The notes under the pieces are model-generated. The model did not search any database. It had not been told where the DNA came from and saw only the letters and a program-made list of their open reading frames with translations. Below are positions 59,182 through 64,000 of a stretch of 64,000 bases of DNA, in pieces. Numbering within the stretch: position 1 is the stretch's first letter; the number at the start of each line of letters is the position of its first letter. The stretch comes from Nitrososphaerota archaeon (lineage in GTDB: Archaea > Thermoproteota > Nitrososphaeria_A > Caldarchaeales > Calditenuaceae): contig JAWBQR010000003.1 of assembly GCA_038845265.1 (NCBI GenBank), positions 64,001-128,000 on the forward strand, in the 5' to 3' direction. Made by a program: the position numbers and the translations under genes.

Positions 59182-60219
59182 ATGTCGAATAAAATCTCAG
59201 ATTTGGGAGAATCATGGCTATTAAAATTCATTATCGACAGGATTTCTAAAATTGAAGACTCAATACTAATTCCTGGCGACGATGCATTTGATTTCATCTG
59301 TCATGGAAGAATTATCTGTTCTGGTGATATGTTAGTTGAACACACTGATATTCCACCAGGCATGACTCTTAGGCAAGCTGGAAGAAAAGCGATAGTAGCA
59401 GTTATAAGCGACTTAGCCGCGAAAGGAGCCCATCCTAGATATATCGTAACTCAGTTGGGACTTAGACGGGACATGATGATCGATGAATTTATAGAGCTCT
59501 GGACCGGACTCGAGGATGCATGCAATGAATATCGCGTTAAGATTGTCGGAGGAGATACAAACGAGTCTAACGAGCTCGTAATAAGCGTGTTTGGAATAGG
59601 TTTCTCAGAAAAACCTATACCGAGAACAGGCGCCCGTCCCGGGGATATAGTGGCCACTACCGGTCAATTCGGAACAACCTATACAGGGCTACATGCATTA
59701 TTTAACTCGATAACTGATAAAAAATGGGATAGGCTGAGACAAAGCGTTCTATATCCAAGAGCCAAACTATCTGAGGGAATTACAATTGCGAGGTTAGGAC
59801 TCGCAACCTCCTCAATAGATTCGAGCGATGGACTCGCAGCTTCACTTCAGCAGTTATCGCAAGCCAGCAATGTAGGATTCATGATTGATAAGCTACCCAT
59901 AGATCCTCTCGCAGCCGAATATGCCTATCGATATGGACTTGATGTGTTTGATGCTGTAATGTTTGGAGGAGAGGAATATGAACTAGTCGTAACACTTCCA
60001 GAGTCAGCAATCGACAAAGTAAACGCGGAATTATCAAAAATTGGCAGCAGATTAATACCTATTGGCACAACGACTGAAAAAAAAGAATTAAATGTAGCTT
60101 GGCAAGGATCTATCAGAAAAGTGATTAGTGGTGGGTGGGAACATTTTACATCAAAAGGACTTGATAGAAAGCGAATAATTAGTGACAGCTTAAATCGAGC
60201 TACTACTCACCAAAAATAA
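59182..60219 (+). CDS. thiL: Thiamine-monophosphate kinase
   Basis: LGE, GDDA, SDLAAKGA, VGGDT, RTGARPGD, IDSSDGL, GGEEYELV, GWEHF. Confidence 0.93.
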   Translation: MSNKISDLGESWLLKFIIDRISKIEDSILIPGDDAFDFICHGRIICSGDMLVEHTDIPPGMTLRQAGRKAIVAVISDLAAKGAHPRYIVTQLGLRRDMMIDEFIELWTGLEDACNEYRVKIVGGDTNESNELVISVFGIGFSEKPIPRTGARPGDIVATTGQFGTTYTGLHALFNSITDKKWDRLRQSVLYPRAKLSEGITIARLGLATSSIDSSDGLAASLQQLSQASNVGFMIDKLPIDPLAAEYAYRYGLDVFDAVMFGGEEYELVVTLPESAIDKVNAELSKIGSRLIPIGTTTEKKELNVAWQGSIRKVISGGWEHFTSKGLDRKRIISDSLNRATTHQK

Positions 60220-60280
60220 TGAAAACAAAAATATCTTTATTGTGGTATAATTAATGAAATAATCAAGGGGGACGTCTCCT

Positions 60281-60736
60281 GTGAAAAAATATTTGTTCAA
60301 ATGCAGAGAATGTGGACATGAATTTAGACTGCAGGCTTGGAAAGCAGTATGTCCTAACTGTGAAAAAAGCTATTCACTCGTTAAAGTTGTTGAGCCGGCC
60401 AGAAGTCTTAGGATCAGGCCTCGAATATTCATTAGCATTCTTTTACTCATATATGCTGCATACTCGATTATTACAGTAAACATTGAGCCTGCTCTGCCTC
60501 TGACATATTTCTATCTTTATCAAGTCTTTATTATTGGAGGAGCATTGTTCGCGCTCAGTGGAAGTCTTCCCTCGAACGCGTTATCTGTATTCTTAGGAGG
60601 GTTGATAGCGTATAGCCACATAGCTTCTTTATCGACTAATTACTATAGCATCATTTTCATAATTCTTGGAGTCATAATAGCAATTCTCGGTACATTAGAT
60701 GAGCTGATAATTAGACATAGCCGAAAAGAAATATAA
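60281..60736 (+). CDS. Hypothetical membrane protein with N-terminal zinc ribbon
   Basis: CRECGHEF...CPNC followed by about 4 TM helices. Confidence 0.7.
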   Translation: MKKYLFKCRECGHEFRLQAWKAVCPNCEKSYSLVKVVEPARSLRIRPRIFISILLLIYAAYSIITVNIEPALPLTYFYLYQVFIIGGALFALSGSLPSNALSVFLGGLIAYSHIASLSTNYYSIIFIILGVIIAILGTLDELIIRHSRKEI

Positions 60737-60828
60737 TAGGAAGAAACGTCTATTTATTTTCAAATTGTTAATTTCAACCCTTAAATAAAGGCTCAGCAAT
60801 TCTACAACTTGTGGAGGTTTAGCAGCAT

Positions 60829-61863
60829 ATGGAAAAAGTAGTAACTTTCGGTGAAATAATGCTACGGCTTGCGCCACCAGGATTTCTACGAATCACACAA
60901 GCAAGATCATTTGACGCAATATACGCTGGAGCCGAGGCAAATGTTGCGATAGCCCTCGCTAATCTAGGAATACCTGCAGATTTTGTCACTAGACTGCCGG
61001 CAAATGATTTAGGAGATGCATGCATCAACTATTTACGACAATTTGGAGTGGGCACCGACAAAATAATTAGAGGAGGCGATAGACTAGGAATTTATTTTGT
61101 TGAGATCGGTGCGGCTCAAAGACCAAATAAAGTAATCTATGACCGTGCAAATTCATCAATCGCAACAGTCACGCCAGGAATGTTCGACTGGGATAAAATA
61201 TTTGCTGATGCTATTTGGTTCCACTGGACTGGGATAACACCGGCCCTTAGTCAAGGAGCAGCTGAGACTTGTTTGGAGGCGGTTAAGGCTGCTAAAAAGA
61301 AGGGAGTCACTGTGTCATGCGACCTAAACTACCGTGCTAAACTATGGAAATGGGGAAAGTCAGCCGGCGAGGTCATGTCGGAGCTAGTAAAGTATGTAGA
61401 TATTTTGATCGGTAATGAAGAAGACGTAGAGCAAGTATTCGGAATCAAAGCGCCTGGCGTAGATGTAGTGAGAGGCGAAGTAAAAGCTGAACCATATGAG
61501 TTTGTTGGAAAAGAAATAATGAAGAAATTCCCAAACGTTAAGCTCTTCGGCGTCTCGCTTAGGGGCAGCATTAGTGCTAGCCATAATACTTGGTCGGGAG
61601 CCCTATACGATGGCTCAAAACTCTATGTAGGACCAACTTACGACATAATCCCAATCGTTGACCGTGTCGGCGGTGGAGATGCATTCAATGCCGGACTTAT
61701 CTATGGACTATTAAAATTCAAGGATGATAAACAGAAGGCGCTAGACTTTGCGGTTGCACTATCTTGCCTAAAACACTCTATTTACGGCGACTCTTGCCTA
61801 GTCAGACTAGACGAAGTAGAAACACTAATGAAGGGAATAACTACTGGAAGAATTGTGCGTTAA
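60829..61863 (+). CDS. kdgK: 2-keto-3-deoxygluconate kinase (PfkB family, bacterial-type)
   Basis: TFGEIMLRL, GAEANVA, YDRANS, HWTGITPA, DLNYRAKLW, NEED, DRVGGGDAF. Confidence 0.9.
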   Translation: MEKVVTFGEIMLRLAPPGFLRITQARSFDAIYAGAEANVAIALANLGIPADFVTRLPANDLGDACINYLRQFGVGTDKIIRGGDRLGIYFVEIGAAQRPNKVIYDRANSSIATVTPGMFDWDKIFADAIWFHWTGITPALSQGAAETCLEAVKAAKKKGVTVSCDLNYRAKLWKWGKSAGEVMSELVKYVDILIGNEEDVEQVFGIKAPGVDVVRGEVKAEPYEFVGKEIMKKFPNVKLFGVSLRGSISASHNTWSGALYDGSKLYVGPTYDIIPIVDRVGGGDAFNAGLIYGLLKFKDDKQKALDFAVALSCLKHSIYGDSCLVRLDEVETLMKGITTGRIVR

Positions 61864-61878
61864 GAAGGTGAGAGGAAT

Positions 61879-62898
61879 ATGCCGAAATTTTTAAAACATG
61901 AAGTTGTGGCGAAGCTCCTCGAAGTAGGGGTTTTACCAACTTTTTACGAAGGGGATCTTGAGACTGCTAAAAAAATTCTTATTGCATGTGCTGATGGTGG
62001 CGCAAAAGTAGTGGAATTCACTAATAGGGGAGCACTGGCTTATCAAGTCTTCTCCGACTTAATAAGATGGCGTGACAAAGAGCGGCCGGACCTAATATTG
62101 GGAGTCGGTACTGTGATAGATCCAGCAACTGCTTCCCTGTTCATAAACAGTGGAGCCGACTTTGTCGTCGGTCCTGTCTTTAATCCAGAGATAGCGAAGA
62201 TTTGCAATAGACGTAAAGTAGCCTATATCCCAGGATGCAGCTCGCCGTCTGAGATCTCAGCAGCAGAGGAGTCTGGCGCTGATATAATTAAGGTATTTCC
62301 AGCAGATGTTTTAGGACCTCGATTCATTAAAGACATGATGGGACCATCTCCATGGTCTCGATTAATGCCTTCAGGCGGCGTTGAGCCTACGCGTGAAAAC
62401 ATATTTGAATGGATCAAGGCTGGTGCAGCAGCACTTAACATGGGGTCAAACCTCATAGTGAAGGATCTGGTTAAGGCTGGAGACTTTGAGGGAATTAGGA
62501 AAAAAGTAGAGAATAGCATTATGTGGGTTAAAGAGGCAAGGGGGACACCTTTATTCCTGGGAGTTGAACACATAGGACTATATCCAACAGCAAAGGCTAC
62601 CGCTGCTGAGATTGCCGATTGGTATGCGAATACTTTTGGCTTTGCCAAGAAGGAAGGCGCTAGTTCAATCTTTGTCTCTGGACCAACGCATGGAAGGATC
62701 GAGATAATGAAGAGCGAAGAAAAAGGAGTACAATGTCACGTAGCCGTGCTGGTCTCAAACTTTGAGGCTGCCTGTGAGTATCTAAGAAATAAGGGGATAG
62801 AGCTCGAAGAACCATCAATAAAACCGGGAGTAAAGGCTGTCTATCTCAAGAACCCCGATCCTGCTGGAAATAGGGTACACCTGCTATACCGGTCATAA
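61879..62898 (+). CDS. eda: KDPG/KHG aldolase (Eda type) fused to a C-terminal VOC/glyoxalase domain
   Basis: VEFTNR, GVGTV, FVVGP, PG..SPSE, IKVFPA, MPSGGV; then EHIGLY...WY...IEIM...HVAVLV...DPAGNRVHL. Confidence 0.85.
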   Translation: MPKFLKHEVVAKLLEVGVLPTFYEGDLETAKKILIACADGGAKVVEFTNRGALAYQVFSDLIRWRDKERPDLILGVGTVIDPATASLFINSGADFVVGPVFNPEIAKICNRRKVAYIPGCSSPSEISAAEESGADIIKVFPADVLGPRFIKDMMGPSPWSRLMPSGGVEPTRENIFEWIKAGAAALNMGSNLIVKDLVKAGDFEGIRKKVENSIMWVKEARGTPLFLGVEHIGLYPTAKATAAEIADWYANTFGFAKKEGASSIFVSGPTHGRIEIMKSEEKGVQCHVAVLVSNFEAACEYLRNKGIELEEPSIKPGVKAVYLKNPDPAGNRVHLLYRS

Positions 62899-62945
62899 AA
62901 CCTAAAAATCCAAGGCTATTTTTTGGACAATAATCCAGTCTACAT

Positions 62946-63824
62946 TTACTTTATATGATAATAACATTTTCTGCCAATTCTTTCTTTTTCTACTATGCCC
63001 AGATTTAAAAGTTGATTTAGATATACACTCTCTATTGCCCTAGTTCTTCCTGTCTGACTAGCAACTTCCATAGCAGTGGCTTTTCCTAAAAATCTAAGCG
63101 CCTGAAGTGTTTTATCTAAATGTGCCGGTAGTGTTTTCTGAACCGCCTCATCAGACTTTTTAGAAATGTATGACGCGGTAGACTCAATCTGGTAAATCTT
63201 TCCTAAGTAGTTGCTTAGGACTTCATCCATTTTTTGGAGAAAGCCCTCTAACGTTGCCTTAAGGTTTTTGGTTAATACATCAGAAATGTGAAGTCTACCT
63301 GTTAGTACTATCTCATTTGTAGCTTCCTTCATTATATCCGTATCCTCAGAAATTAGGTATGAAAATAGTGGTTTCGACCCTGCCTGACTTGCATCAAATG
63401 ATTTATTACATTTTTTACAAACTAGTGATAGCTTAGGGCTCATGAATATAGCAGAACATGAATCACATCTTAATTCATGATTTATTCTAGATATATTTTT
63501 AGACCCACATCCTGGACATACATGCTTAATATCGATTAATGGTGAATCACAATATGGGCATGTCTTTATTATGTCAAGTAAAAGTTTATTGAGTACACCC
63601 ATTGACGTTAGATTTTCGAGTATTTTTTCAGTCTCTCTGCTTTCTGTTCCAAAGAGTAAGTCTGCATCTTGGAAGACTATTCCTTGTTGTATGTGTGGAT
63701 CAATTGTAGGCCTAATGTATGTTACTCCTGCATATCTAAGAATTCTTTTAATAAGGGATATATCCATAAGAGTTGGTTTTATTTGTTGCCCACTCGCTAT
63801 GTTTTTATTACTACTTTTTATCAA
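62946..63824 (-). CDS. TackOD1-like multi-zinc-ribbon protein with C-terminal winged HTH
   Basis: LENLTSMGVL..., CPYC, CPGCGS, CDSC, CKKC; ATAMEVASQTGRTRAIESVYLNQL...RIGRKCYY. Confidence 0.7.
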   Translation of the reverse strand: MIKSSNKNIASGQQIKPTLMDISLIKRILRYAGVTYIRPTIDPHIQQGIVFQDADLLFGTESRETEKILENLTSMGVLNKLLLDIIKTCPYCDSPLIDIKHVCPGCGSKNISRINHELRCDSCSAIFMSPKLSLVCKKCNKSFDASQAGSKPLFSYLISEDTDIMKEATNEIVLTGRLHISDVLTKNLKATLEGFLQKMDEVLSNYLGKIYQIESTASYISKKSDEAVQKTLPAHLDKTLQALRFLGKATAMEVASQTGRTRAIESVYLNQLLNLGIVEKERIGRKCYYHIK

Positions 63825-64000
63825 TTCTTATCTCCCTCAGATGATGCGTATTAATTCCCAACCTACGTGATTAACAGATTCTTATGCAAACTTTATATGC
63901 GTTATTTCATTAAGGATTATTATTTTTCCGTTTAGGGAGAAAACCTGCCGAATAGTTGGGAAATTGAACAAATGGAGAAGTTAATTTGAGTTATTATCGA

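Overview
Gene-dense archaeal chromosomal window. Crenactin plus an arcadin-2-like gene, a crenarchaeal-type SSB, class I LysRS, a TackOD1-type protein and PoK/PPS CoA synthesis point to a thermophilic TACK archaeon; Aigarchaeota/Caldarchaeales is my best guess (inference). It contains about 65 CDS and four tRNAs: Tyr(GTA) with a 49-nt intron, Thr(CGT), Leu(GAG) and Ala(GGC). I found no rRNA, CRISPR array, transposase or integrase. Housekeeping blocks are OFOR alpha/beta, coaBC, leuCD, ahcY, aIF-2beta, rpl3-4-23-2, mtnA, ilvE, lysS, pok-pps-panB-panE-thiL and kdgK-eda. The most interesting signals are: (1) a Ribophorin I/Ost1-like protein beside an aglH/DUF354/nucleotide-sugar cluster, plus a separate stand-alone AglB WWDYG domain and a GT-C-like membrane protein, hinting at a multi-subunit, eukaryote-like glycosylation machine; (2) an uncharacterised nucleotidyltransferase + metallophosphoesterase + APC permease module; (3) an AEP primase-polymerase fused to an unknown helical domain; (4) a crenactin-arcadin-2 pair; (5) a CBS-HPF ribosome hibernation factor; (6) a bacterial-type KDPG aldolase fused to a VOC domain; (7) candidate operator palindromes and sharply bounded strand-asymmetry patches that ignore gene orientation. 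All assignments come from motifs recognised by eye, and reference motifs were recalled from memory; no searches were run.
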